From an uncultured virus (IMG/VR IMGVR_UViG_2872830528_000001) (lineage: Duplodnaviria; Heunggongvirae; Uroviricota; Caudoviricetes), in IMG/VR virus record IMGVR_UViG_2872830528_000001: a stretch of DNA of 64,000 nt, one strand, 5' to 3'. The stretch's first letter is position 1. Each line of letters opens with the position of its first letter. The translations under genes and the position numbers were made by a program. Positions 28,755 to 37,299 of the stretch are shown here, one piece after another. The notes below the pieces were generated by a model, which did not search any database, was not told the DNA's origin, and saw nothing but the letters and a program-made list of their open reading frames with translations.

Positions 28755-28775
28755 CCACCCCCGAAAGGACCCGAC

Positions 28776-29174
28776 ATGAAGACCACCTACCACGCCACCC
28801 GAGGCGACAAGAAGGCCCTCTGCCGCGACGCCAAGCCCGGCACCCCCCTCTACGTCATCCACGACCACGTCGCCATCAAGGGCGAGCCCAGCACCACCTA
28901 CACCGAATGGATCGTCACCGACGACACCATGCCCTTCACCGGCAACCGCATCGCCCAGAACCCCACCAGCGGCGCCACCATCCCCGTGCCCTCCCTCCTC
29001 GCACAGGAACGCGCCGTGCACACCGCCCGGCCCGCCGGCATCCCCAACCGGGCAGCCATGGTCACCCACGAGACCTACAGCGCCGCCGCCCACCAGGCCG
29101 CCCAGAAGGTCGCCAACAAGCACGCCGAGGACGCCGCCAAGGCCCTCATCCGCCGCTACGCCGGAAGCCGCTGA
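28776..29174 (+). CDS. Hypothetical protein, N-terminus similar to the preceding gene
   Basis: Y..TR.D...L.RDA.PG..LY...VTDDT shared with 28512-28754. Confidence 0.7.
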   Translation: MKTTYHATRGDKKALCRDAKPGTPLYVIHDHVAIKGEPSTTYTEWIVTDDTMPFTGNRIAQNPTSGATIPVPSLLAQERAVHTARPAGIPNRAAMVTHETYSAAAHQAAQKVANKHAEDAAKALIRRYAGSR

Positions 29175-29274
29175 GCCTGACGGCTGCCTGTCCGCCCCCG
29201 CCGCCACCACGGATCGGGGACGGGCAGGGAGCCGGGACAGACCCGGACCAACCACAGACCAGCAGGAGGACCCC

Positions 29275-29466
29275 ATGTTCGGACGCAAGGCCGCCGCCGC
29301 CCTCGATAACGCAGCAGCCGCTCTCCACGACACCGGCAAGAAGGTCGCCGGAAACGCCGGCGGGCGAGTTGGCGACACCATCGCCAACGCCGTCCTGGCC
29401 CCCATCCGCAACCAGATCAACGCGAGCTGCACCAACTGCAGCCGCGGCAAGTGCAAGAAGCACTGA
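29275..29466 (+). CDS. Small protein with CxxC..C..H tail
   Basis: AGGAGG RBS. Confidence 0.65.
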   Translation: MFGRKAAAALDNAAAALHDTGKKVAGNAGGRVGDTIANAVLAPIRNQINASCTNCSRGKCKKH

Positions 29467-29563
29467 CCCGAGACAACACGCCATGAACGGGGCGCCCCCT
29501 CCGCCTGGCAGCAACGGGAGCGCCCCACCCCACCCGCACACCCACGTACAGGAGGACTTCGAG

Positions 29564-30154
29564 ATGACCACGACCATGCCCCTCACAGCAACCCCACCCA
29601 GGGCATTACCCGTTGACGCGGCCGCGCTCATCGCCTCCATCGAGGCCTACCTCGCCGAACAGGCCCCGAAGACCGCGCACCCGCTCGTCACCAAGACCAC
29701 CGCCCAGCTCGTTGCCGAAGCCCTCGCCACGCTGGAGGCCGCCACCGAGCAAGCCACCCCGGCCCTGGCCGCCCCGCGGCGGCTGTGGCGGATCATCCCC
29801 GACTGGGCCCTCGCTCTGACCCCTGCCCGCCGGCTCCACGGCGCCGGCCGCCAGATCACCGTCCAGCAGCACCTCGAACTCACCGCACTCGTCATCCAGC
29901 AGTACGGACACCACCGCGGCGGACTCCGCTCCCGAGGGGGGCGTCGGTGCATTCTCGGCGCGCAAGCCGTCCTCTACCGACTCGGCTACGGCGACGAACA
30001 CACAGCCCAGGCCGCAGGAGCCCGCCTCCAGAACGCCCTCCGGCGGCGCGGCATCAACGAGCCCTACCACCGATGGAACGACCGGTCCGAACGCACCCTT
30101 GACGACATCCTGCACCTGATCCACAGCGCCGCTGCCCACGAGGTGGCCCAGTGA
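29564..30154 (+). CDS. DUF6197-like protein
   Basis: GRRCILGA...WND..RT motif. Confidence 0.6.
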   Translation: MTTTMPLTATPPRALPVDAAALIASIEAYLAEQAPKTAHPLVTKTTAQLVAEALATLEAATEQATPALAAPRRLWRIIPDWALALTPARRLHGAGRQITVQQHLELTALVIQQYGHHRGGLRSRGGRRCILGAQAVLYRLGYGDEHTAQAAGARLQNALRRRGINEPYHRWNDRSERTLDDILHLIHSAAAHEVAQ

Positions 30155-30633
30155 GCGTCACGACCACAGCAGACGTCCAGCGAGCCCTCGGCTTCACCGA
30201 CGCGCAGTACATCGCTTGGACGGCGATCCACGAGATCGGACACGCCGTCGCCGGCGAAGCCGCCGGAATGAAGGTGCGGAAGATCGAGATCAACGCCAGG
30301 AAGGGCAGAATCCACGGAGGGCGGGTCGTGTGCGCACCGAATCACGACATCCACGCTAACCTCGTCTGCGCTCACGGCGGGCACATTGCCCAAGACCTCT
30401 GGATGCGTCAGTACGGGCTGATCACCAGCCACCGCCTGAGCATCTCCCGCACATCCTCCCGAGCCGACCTGGACAAGGTCGCCCAGTACCAGCCCAACCC
30501 CCAGGCCGGCATCCAGGCCGAAGACGACGCCCGCCGACTCCTAGGCGCGTCCTGGCCGCGAGTCATCCGGGCCACCAACGTCCTCATGGCCGAGGCGAAA
30601 CTCTCAGGGCGGCAGCTGGCCCGCATCCGCTAA
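30151..30633 (+). CDS. HEXXH zinc metallopeptidase-like protein
   Basis: AIHEIGHAVA; GG..A; short M41-like architecture. Confidence 0.7.
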   Translation: MSVTTTADVQRALGFTDAQYIAWTAIHEIGHAVAGEAAGMKVRKIEINARKGRIHGGRVVCAPNHDIHANLVCAHGGHIAQDLWMRQYGLITSHRLSISRTSSRADLDKVAQYQPNPQAGIQAEDDARRLLGASWPRVIRATNVLMAEAKLSGRQLARIR

Positions 30634-30821
30634 CCCACCGCCAACGGCCACGCCAAGGAGCGGTGATAGCGGCGAGGAGCCCGGAGACCTCTGCGGCCGG
30701 TGCATCGCCGCCCTCGCACGACAGCAGCGAGAAGGCGCGCAGCAGATCAGTAGTTGTCAGGCCGAGCAGCCATATGTCACACTGCCCCCATCCGGATACC
30801 AGTGTGTCCGCCGCTACTTAG

Positions 30822-30849
30822 AGCCCCCAGCATCCGCCGGGGGCTTTCT
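30822..30849 (+). terminator. Terminator-like hairpin in the late leader
   Basis: AGCCCCC..GGGGGCT followed by TTCT. Confidence 0.5.
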
Positions 30850-30866
30850 GCATGTCAGGGGGCGTC

Positions 30867-31109
30867 ATGGACCCGACCGAGCTCTACCCCACGGATCTCG
30901 TCTACGCCCACGAAGCCTCGGCCGCCACCGGCGTGCCTGAGCCCGTCATCCGGAAATGGGCCTCGCGCGGGAAGGTCGCCCGCTACGAAGGCGACCCCCG
31001 CCAGTACTCCGGTCAAGGCCACGAGTACAAGACCATGTACGCGCTCCCCGAGATAGAGGCGCTGGCCGCCCGGTACAAGCCCACACCTCAGCGGGCCCGA
31101 GCCGCCTGA
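30867..31109 (+). CDS. MerR-like HTH DNA-binding protein
   Basis: AHEASAATGVPEPVIRKWASRG..MYALPEI. Confidence 0.75.
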   Translation: MDPTELYPTDLVYAHEASAATGVPEPVIRKWASRGKVARYEGDPRQYSGQGHEYKTMYALPEIEALAARYKPTPQRARAA

Positions 31110-31134
31110 TCCACCCCCGCGAGAGGAGCCGACG

Positions 31135-31581
31135 ATGTCGAACCTCGTCTTCAACACCGCCCTGGGACGCGTCGCGGCCCTCGCTGCCCTCCCGGCAGCC
31201 AACGACGCCCTCGTCGCAGTCCCTCTCGAAGCGACCGGCCTCGTCACCGACACGACGATGCGCGACTACGACGACCTCGCATCCCTTCTCGCCGGCGCCT
31301 CCAACGAGCAGACGACGATGGGCCGCAAGACCCTCACGGGTGTCACCGTCACCGTCGACGACGCCAACGACCGGGTGGCCGTCGACTGCGCCGACATTAC
31401 GTGGACCGCCGCGACCGGCAACGCGGTCGGCGCCGTCGTCATCTGCTACGACCCCGACACGACAGGCGGCACCGACGCCGACCTCGTACCGCTGACGAAG
31501 CACGACGTGTCGCTGACCCCGGACGGGAACTCGTTCACCCTGAGCGTCGCCGACTTCTACCGCGCGACCTCCACCGCGTGA
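31135..31581 (+). CDS. Putative virion structural protein
   Basis: T/A/D-rich beta-type sequence (DCADITWT..TPDGNSFTL). Confidence 0.6.
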   Translation: MSNLVFNTALGRVAALAALPAANDALVAVPLEATGLVTDTTMRDYDDLASLLAGASNEQTTMGRKTLTGVTVTVDDANDRVAVDCADITWTAATGNAVGAVVICYDPDTTGGTDADLVPLTKHDVSLTPDGNSFTLSVADFYRATSTA

Positions 31582-31614
31582 CGGCCGGCTCACCGACGGA
31601 GGCGGGAGGTCGCC

Positions 31615-32535
31615 ATGGCAGCCTTCGCTGACGACTTCAACCGCCCCAACTCCACCGACCTCGGCGCCGGCTGGGTCCAGGTCAGCGGCTTCTGGTCGAT
31701 CGTCTCCAACCAGCTGTCCCCGGGCTCGGACGGCGGCACGATCATTCTGCGGGCGGCCAGCCCCATGGACAGCAGCGACCACTCCGCCCAGATAACCATC
31801 GCCGCCACCACGGCCGCCAGCCACGGCGTGTGGTGTCGCGGGAACTCGAACATCAGCAGCGGCTACCTGTGGCGGAACGACGGCGCGAGCTGGGACCTGT
31901 TCAGCGTCGTCAGCGGCACGTTCACCGTCATCGGCTCCTACGCGGCGGCCGCGGCCCCGGGCGACGTCGCCAAGGTCCAGGCCGTCGGGTCGGCGATCAA
32001 GGGATTCGTCAACGGTGTCGAGCGGGTCTCGGTCGTCAACACGGCCGTCGCAACGGGCACCAGCGTCGGCCTCCGGTCCACGTCGGCCAGCGCCATCCGG
32101 TTCGACGACTTTTCCGCCGCGGACGTGACCGCCGGCGTGGCGCTCGCAGCCGCAGGCGAGACCGACGCGGCCCAGGCGCTGGCCGGCAGCAAGACGACCG
32201 CACTCACCGCCTCCTCGGAGGTCGGTTCGGCGCAGGCCCTGGCAGGCGCTAAGGCGCGGCTGCTCGCCACGTCAGTGGCCGCCGAGACCGCGCAAGCCCT
32301 CACTGGCGGGACGAGCCGAAGCCTCACGACGGCCGCCGGCGTCGAGACCGCCCAGCCGCTGACCGGCACCAAGACCGCGGTCCTCGGCGTCGCCGTCGAG
32401 ACCAGCACTGCGAGGCCGCTTGCGGCGGCAGGCGGGGGCGGCGTCGACAGGGTCGTGGCCGGAACACCCCACAGCCTGTGGACGGCAGGACGAACCCGCG
32501 CACCCGCCTGGAGCGCCGGGACGCCACGGACGTAA
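31615..32535 (+). CDS. Putative virion fibre: lectin-like domain plus 20-aa repeats
   Basis: DDFNR..W..GYLW..NGVE..G.RS..RFDDF ConA-like domain; five 20-aa repeats with AQ(A/P)L.G. Confidence 0.6.
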   Translation: MAAFADDFNRPNSTDLGAGWVQVSGFWSIVSNQLSPGSDGGTIILRAASPMDSSDHSAQITIAATTAASHGVWCRGNSNISSGYLWRNDGASWDLFSVVSGTFTVIGSYAAAAAPGDVAKVQAVGSAIKGFVNGVERVSVVNTAVATGTSVGLRSTSASAIRFDDFSAADVTAGVALAAAGETDAAQALAGSKTTALTASSEVGSAQALAGAKARLLATSVAAETAQALTGGTSRSLTTAAGVETAQPLTGTKTAVLGVAVETSTARPLAAAGGGGVDRVVAGTPHSLWTAGRTRAPAWSAGTPRT

Positions 32536-32544
32536 GGGGGCACC

Positions 32545-32829
32545 GTGGACCGCAGCAGCCTCGAAGAGCTCCTCACCCCGATCAACTCCGCCAGCGACCC
32601 CACCTCGTACAGCGTCCGCGTCGCCGTCCTCCTCGACGGCGAGCGGCCCGAAGCCAGCGACTGGCACGTCGCCGAGTGGCGCACCGTCGACGGCGTTCAC
32701 CACGCTGCGCTGCTCGTCGGGCCCGGAGGTGCCGTAGAGCTAGGGCCAGGCGCCTACCGCGTCTGGGCTGAGATCACTGCCCCACCCGAGAAGCCCGTCG
32801 TCGCAAGCCCGCGGTTCAGCATCGACTGA
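32545..32829 (+). CDS. Putative fibre adaptor/structural protein
   Basis: LLVGP.G..L.PG.Y.VW.EIT..PE.PV. Confidence 0.55.
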   Translation: MDRSSLEELLTPINSASDPTSYSVRVAVLLDGERPEASDWHVAEWRTVDGVHHAALLVGPGGAVELGPGAYRVWAEITAPPEKPVVASPRFSID

Positions 32830-32928
32830 GGTGCGTACCGCATAGGTCACGAAACGGAGACAACGCCTCCAACCCCCACAGCAGCAACAACGATGAGACC
32901 TCTCATCACGCAAAGTCCTGGGGGGACC

Positions 32929-33507
32929 ATGCGACGCACCGCCATCGCCGCAACCACCGCGGCCCTCGCCCTCACCCTCGCTGCCTGTACCGGCACCGAG
33001 CCCGAGGTCGCCACCAAGCCCGACCCCAAGCCGACCTCGCCCGCAGCCAGCGAAGCGCCCGCCAAAACGACGGAAGCACCCGCGCCGAAGGACGCCGGCC
33101 TGGGAGACACCATCACCCTCAAGGGCCTCGAAGACGGGGAGCAGATCTCCGTCACGCTCAAGAAGGTCTCCGACCCGGCTGTCCCGAAGGACGAGTTCTT
33201 CAACCCCGACGAAGGCAACCGCTGGATCGGCATCCAGATCGAGATCGTCAACAGCGGCACCGCCGTGTACGACGACAGCCCCAGCAACGGCATGCAAGTC
33301 GCCGACGCCGACGGCCAGCGGTTCAACGGCGTCATCGCCGAAATCAAGGCGGGCCCCGCCATGGCCGCCGGCGTCACCCTCAAGCCCGGCGCGAAGGCTC
33401 TCGGCTGGCTCGTCTTCGAGGCGCCCAAGAACTCGAAGATCACCACCGTGCAGTTCGGCATGAACAGCGGCTTCTCCGACCAGACCGGTGAGTGGACGCT
33501 CAAGTAA
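32929..33507 (+). CDS. Secreted lipoprotein (DUF4352-like)
   Basis: Lipobox LTLAAC, P/T/K linker, N.G..D.DG..LKPG..G.LVFE.P. Confidence 0.8.
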   Translation: MRRTAIAATTAALALTLAACTGTEPEVATKPDPKPTSPAASEAPAKTTEAPAPKDAGLGDTITLKGLEDGEQISVTLKKVSDPAVPKDEFFNPDEGNRWIGIQIEIVNSGTAVYDDSPSNGMQVADADGQRFNGVIAEIKAGPAMAAGVTLKPGAKALGWLVFEAPKNSKITTVQFGMNSGFSDQTGEWTLK

Positions 33508-33583
33508 ACCCAGGACGCCGGGAGGTGCGATGACGCCTCCCGGCGCCCCGCAGCACCCGCGCCCGACCGAAGAAGGGCGCCAC

Positions 33584-34282
33584 ATGGACGACCTGCTGAT
33601 GATCGTGCCCACGCGTGGCCGCCCCAACAGCGTCCCCGCCATCCTCGACTGCTGGCGGCAGACCGGCGCCACCGCCGACCTGCTGTTCGCAGTCGATGAC
33701 GACGACCCCATGCTCGCCGGCTACCGCGAGCACATGGAGCAGATCGACGACCCCCGCGTCCACTGGGTCACCGGCCCACGGCTCCGGCTCTGCGGCACCC
33801 TCAACAAGGCCGCCGCCGAGATGGCTCTTCGCTACCGCTTCCTCGCATTCATGGGCGACGACCACCGGCCGAGGAGCGCCGGATGGGACGAGCGCTTCCG
33901 TGTCTGCCTCTCCGGCGGGCCTGGTGTCGTCTACGGCAACGACCTCCTCATGGGCGAGCGGATGCCGACCGCCGTCGCCATGACCAGCGACATCGTGCAG
34001 ACCCTCGGCTACATGGCACCCCCGGCCCTCGTTCACCTCTGCCTCGACCTCGTCTGGCTCGACTGGGGCCGCGGCATGGGCCGCATCACCTACCTTGGCG
34101 ACGTCGTGCTGGAGCACATGCACCCCGCCAACGGCAAAGCCGCGATGGATGCGGGCTACCAGGAGTGCAACAGCTCCGAGCAGGCCACGGCCGACGCGAC
34201 CGCCTACTACGCCTACCGCGACGAAGGCGGCCTCGAAGCCGACCTGGAGAAGCTGCGGGCACTCGTGGAGGAGGCGGCATGA
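33584..34282 (+). CDS. GT-A fold glycosyltransferase (GT2-like)
   Basis: IVPTRGRP, VDDDDP, FMGDDH, EHMHP. Confidence 0.85.
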   Translation: MDDLLMIVPTRGRPNSVPAILDCWRQTGATADLLFAVDDDDPMLAGYREHMEQIDDPRVHWVTGPRLRLCGTLNKAAAEMALRYRFLAFMGDDHRPRSAGWDERFRVCLSGGPGVVYGNDLLMGERMPTAVAMTSDIVQTLGYMAPPALVHLCLDLVWLDWGRGMGRITYLGDVVLEHMHPANGKAAMDAGYQECNSSEQATADATAYYAYRDEGGLEADLEKLRALVEEAA

Positions 34283-34878
34283 GCAGCATCAACGACGTCA
34301 TCGTGGCCTGGAACGAGGCCGACCCGGCCGCCATCCACCCCACCCGCGAGGTGTCCGAGGAGGCCTACCAGATCTCGGGCGAAGTGCAGGCGGAACTCCT
34401 CGCCACCGTCCTCCCCGAAGGCTGCCGCGTCATCGACTTCGGCTGCGGCGACGGGCGTGTGGCCATCCCCCTCAGGCAGGCCGGGTACGACGTCACGGGT
34501 GCCGACGGCTCCCAGACCATGCTCGACCGACTCGCCCAACGCGACCCCGACATGCCGCGGGTCCTCAGTGACGGGCTCGACCTGGCCGCCGTCATCGGTA
34601 AGAAGGCCGACGCCGTCATCTCCCTCGCCGTCGTCATTCACCACGGCTACGAAGCCGGCGAAGCCATCATCGAAGGCCTCCGCTCAGCAGTCCGCATCAA
34701 CGGCCTCCTCGTCCTCGACTGGCCAGCCTCCGACGAACCTGCCGAAGGCAGCAGCTGGATCAGCGTCACCACCTGGTCCCGCGAACAGCAGGACGCCATC
34801 TGCAAGCGGATCGGGCTCAAGCGCCTCGACAGCGACCTGCCCTGGCCCGTCTTCCGGGCCGTGAAGGCAGGCAGCTGA
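34279..34878 (+). CDS. Class I SAM-dependent methyltransferase
   Basis: VIDFGCGDGR motif I; VTGAD. Confidence 0.9.
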   Translation: MSSINDVIVAWNEADPAAIHPTREVSEEAYQISGEVQAELLATVLPEGCRVIDFGCGDGRVAIPLRQAGYDVTGADGSQTMLDRLAQRDPDMPRVLSDGLDLAAVIGKKADAVISLAVVIHHGYEAGEAIIEGLRSAVRINGLLVLDWPASDEPAEGSSWISVTTWSREQQDAICKRIGLKRLDSDLPWPVFRAVKAGS

Positions 34879-35744
34879 TGCGCGTACTCCTCACCGGCTC
34901 CGCCGGGTTCATCGGCCGCCACCTCCACACTGCCCTCGACGCCCGCGGCGACAACGTCACCGCCATCGACATCGTCAACGGGCCCGACGCGCTGGACCTC
35001 TTCCGGTTCAACAGCGCTCCATACGACCTCGCCATCCACTGCGCTGCGATCGTCGGAGGCCGGGCTAGCATCGATGGCTCGCCTCTTGGCGTCGGAACGA
35101 ACCTCGGGCTCGACGCCTGGTACATGCGGTGGCTAGCCCGCTCAGGCACGCCCAGGGCGGTCTACTTCAGCTCCTCCGCCGCCTACCCGGTCGCCCTGCA
35201 GCAGCCCGGACCGATTCGGCGCCTCGTCGAAACCGACATCGGCTACCAGCAGCCCGGCCGGCCCGACGCCACCTACGGGCTTGCCAAGCTGACCGGCGAA
35301 CAGCTCTGCCAGTACGCCGAAGCCGAAGGCACCCGCATGACGATCCTGCGGCCCTTCTCCGGGTACGGCGGGGACCAGGACGAGGCATACCCGTTCCCCG
35401 CGTTCATCCGGCGAGCCAGGGAGCGGCAGGACCCCTTCGAGATCTGGGGCGACGGCACCTCCACCCGCGACTGGATCCACGTAGACGATATCGTCGACGC
35501 CACCCTCGCGGCTGTGGAGGAAGGTGTCACGGGGCCCGTCAACCTGGGCACGGGGCGCGCGACCACCTTCGACCAGCTCGCGAAGATGGTCACCGCGGCG
35601 GCTGGCTACCGGCCCGAGCTGAAGCACCTGCCGGCCGCACCGCAAGGCGTTCACCACAGGGTCTGCGACCCCAGCCGCATGCTCGACTTCCACCTGCCCC
35701 GCGTCACCCTCGAAGAGGGCATCGAGCGGGCACTCGCCGCCTGA
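34878..35744 (+). CDS. NAD-dependent nucleotide-sugar epimerase/dehydratase
   Basis: TGSAGFIG, SSSAAY, YGLAK, WGDG..RDWIHVDD. Confidence 0.93.
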   Translation: MRVLLTGSAGFIGRHLHTALDARGDNVTAIDIVNGPDALDLFRFNSAPYDLAIHCAAIVGGRASIDGSPLGVGTNLGLDAWYMRWLARSGTPRAVYFSSSAAYPVALQQPGPIRRLVETDIGYQQPGRPDATYGLAKLTGEQLCQYAEAEGTRMTILRPFSGYGGDQDEAYPFPAFIRRARERQDPFEIWGDGTSTRDWIHVDDIVDATLAAVEEGVTGPVNLGTGRATTFDQLAKMVTAAAGYRPELKHLPAAPQGVHHRVCDPSRMLDFHLPRVTLEEGIERALAA

Positions 35745-35761
35745 CCGAGAGGAGCCGAGCC

Positions 35762-35959
35762 ATGGGCGACACGTACATCTACTACGACGTCCTCACTCCC
35801 GAGCAACCGCCTCCTCCTGACGTCGTACTCGTCTACGCCCGCTACTTCGCCGCGAGACAGGGCCTGGCCGTCCCCGCAGATGCCAAGCCGTGCATCAGGC
35901 CGTACCCCGACGACACCGGGCTCTACAGGGTCGAGACGCTCGCATGCCATCCCTCATGA
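35762..35959 (+). CDS. Hypothetical protein
   Basis: AGGAG RBS. Confidence 0.55.
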   Translation: MGDTYIYYDVLTPEQPPPPDVVLVYARYFAARQGLAVPADAKPCIRPYPDDTGLYRVETLACHPS

Positions 35960-36249
35960 GCGGCAGATGGAAAGACTCGAACCGAGCCCGCCGGCTGCCG
36001 CCAAACTGGCGGCGCATCCGGGCCCAGATCCTCGCCCGAGACCCCGTCTGCAAAATCTGCGGCGTCCGACCGTCCGCCTTCTGCGACCACATCGTCGCCA
36101 AGGCCGACGACCACAGCGAGACGGGCCTGCAAGGCGTCTGCGGTCCATGCCACGACCAGAAGAGCAGCCGAGAGGGCAACGCAGCGCAGAAGGCCAACCC
36201 TCGACCAGGACGTGCTCGCCCACCCGAACCCCACCCCGGGATGAAGTGA
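35956..36249 (+). CDS. Packaging-associated HNH endonuclease (HK97 gp74-like)
   Basis: W..IR..IL.RD..CKIC..DHI..LQGVC..CH..K. Confidence 0.88.
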   Translation: MSGRWKDSNRARRLPPNWRRIRAQILARDPVCKICGVRPSAFCDHIVAKADDHSETGLQGVCGPCHDQKSSREGNAAQKANPRPGRARPPEPHPGMK

Positions 36250-36524
36250 TGCCGTCCTACCTCATCCAGCACCCCGCAGAGCAGCGCCGCGAAGACATGC
36301 TCATCGAGGACGACGAACTCACGCTCGCCTTCGTCGGCGGATGGGCCGTCTTCACTGACGGCCAAGGCGTATGCCTTGCCGTCCCGGCCGGCCAGGGAGC
36401 ACACATCCAACGTGTCGACAGCAGCGCAGCTGAACAGCTCCAGACGCAGGGCGAGCAGGCAGTGGACCTGGAGAGCACGGCCGGCGCCACGGGGCAGCAG
36501 GAGGCAGGACCATGGGCGACGTAG
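36249..36524 (+). CDS. Hypothetical protein
   Basis: Coupled ORF. Confidence 0.6.
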   Translation: MPSYLIQHPAEQRREDMLIEDDELTLAFVGGWAVFTDGQGVCLAVPAGQGAHIQRVDSSAAEQLQTQGEQAVDLESTAGATGQQEAGPWAT

Positions 36525-36679
36525 GCACAGTGCATGTCCAGTGTCCCGACTGCGGCACGCCAGTCCCGATGACCCTGCAAGCCAGAGGCATGACGAGCCA
36601 GCACAACGTGCTGCAGCTCGCGGTCGAGGCCGACTACACCGACCTCTGGGCTCACAGCTGGACGCACGACGACCCTTGA
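36512..36679 (+). CDS. Small Zn-ribbon protein
   Basis: GGAGG RBS; CPDC...H..TH. Confidence 0.55.
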   Translation: MGDVGTVHVQCPDCGTPVPMTLQARGMTSQHNVLQLAVEADYTDLWAHSWTHDDP

Positions 36680-36704
36680 TCATTGCCGACCGGTTCGCCC
36701 GTCG

Positions 36705-36792
36705 GCCGGCTGCCGGGGTGGGGGGATACCCCCCTGCCGGCGTTCTCCCTGATCGGGGCCGTATAGATAGCGACTGTCTGTACGGGTTTCCC
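36705..36792. other. Putative cos (packaging) site
   Basis: Non-coding gap between HNH and terS; GGGGGG-ATA-CCCCCC, then candidate overhang CGGGGCCGTA(T) at 36754. Confidence 0.45.
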
Positions 36793-36864
36793 TGGCGCCC
36801 CCCACGGCGCCACCTCTCGCCCCCAGCGCGTCCCGGAGGCGCGCGTCAGACCCTGGAGGTCGCC

Positions 36865-37299
36865 ATGGGCACGCGTGGACCCATCCCGGAGCGCTCCGAA
36901 GCGCGCCGGCGACGCAACAAGACCGACGACGTCGCCTTGGTGAAGGCGCCGTCGACGCCGACCGACCTGCCGGACCTGCCCGAGCCGGATCCGCTGTGGC
37001 ACCCGATCGCCGCTGACTGGTACCTGTCGCTGCGGGACTCTGGCCAAGCTGCGTTCTACCAGCCGTCAGACTGGGCGATGGCCCGGTATGCCGCCGAGCT
37101 CATGTCCCGCGGCCTGACAGGCGACCGCCCCCCGAACGGCCAGTACGTCGCGGCCCTGAACTCGGTGATGGCCAGCCTGCTGACAACGGAGGGCGACCGG
37201 CGCCGGGTCCGTATCGAGCTGGAGCGCAAGCCGGCCGTCAAGGCGGTCCCGGCTTCGGTGACAGCGATCGACGCCTACCGAGCTTCGATCGGTGGCTGA
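36865..37299 (+). CDS. Terminase small subunit
   Basis: RGPIP..RRRRN, WHPIA..WY.SL..SGQ..SDW, TEGDRRR; upstream of terL. Confidence 0.9.
   Translation: MGTRGPIPERSEARRRRNKTDDVALVKAPSTPTDLPDLPEPDPLWHPIAADWYLSLRDSGQAAFYQPSDWAMARYAAELMSRGLTGDRPPNGQYVAALNSVMASLLTTEGDRRRVRIELERKPAVKAVPASVTAIDAYRASIGG

Noticed and set aside
20692..30633. Independent nested AICE
   Set aside because: No dedicated integrase, excisionase, replicase or flanking att repeats visible, although a decayed origin cannot be excluded
34279..34878. DNA methyltransferase of a restriction-modification system
   Set aside because: No DPPY/NPPY or PC motif; embedded between sugar enzymes
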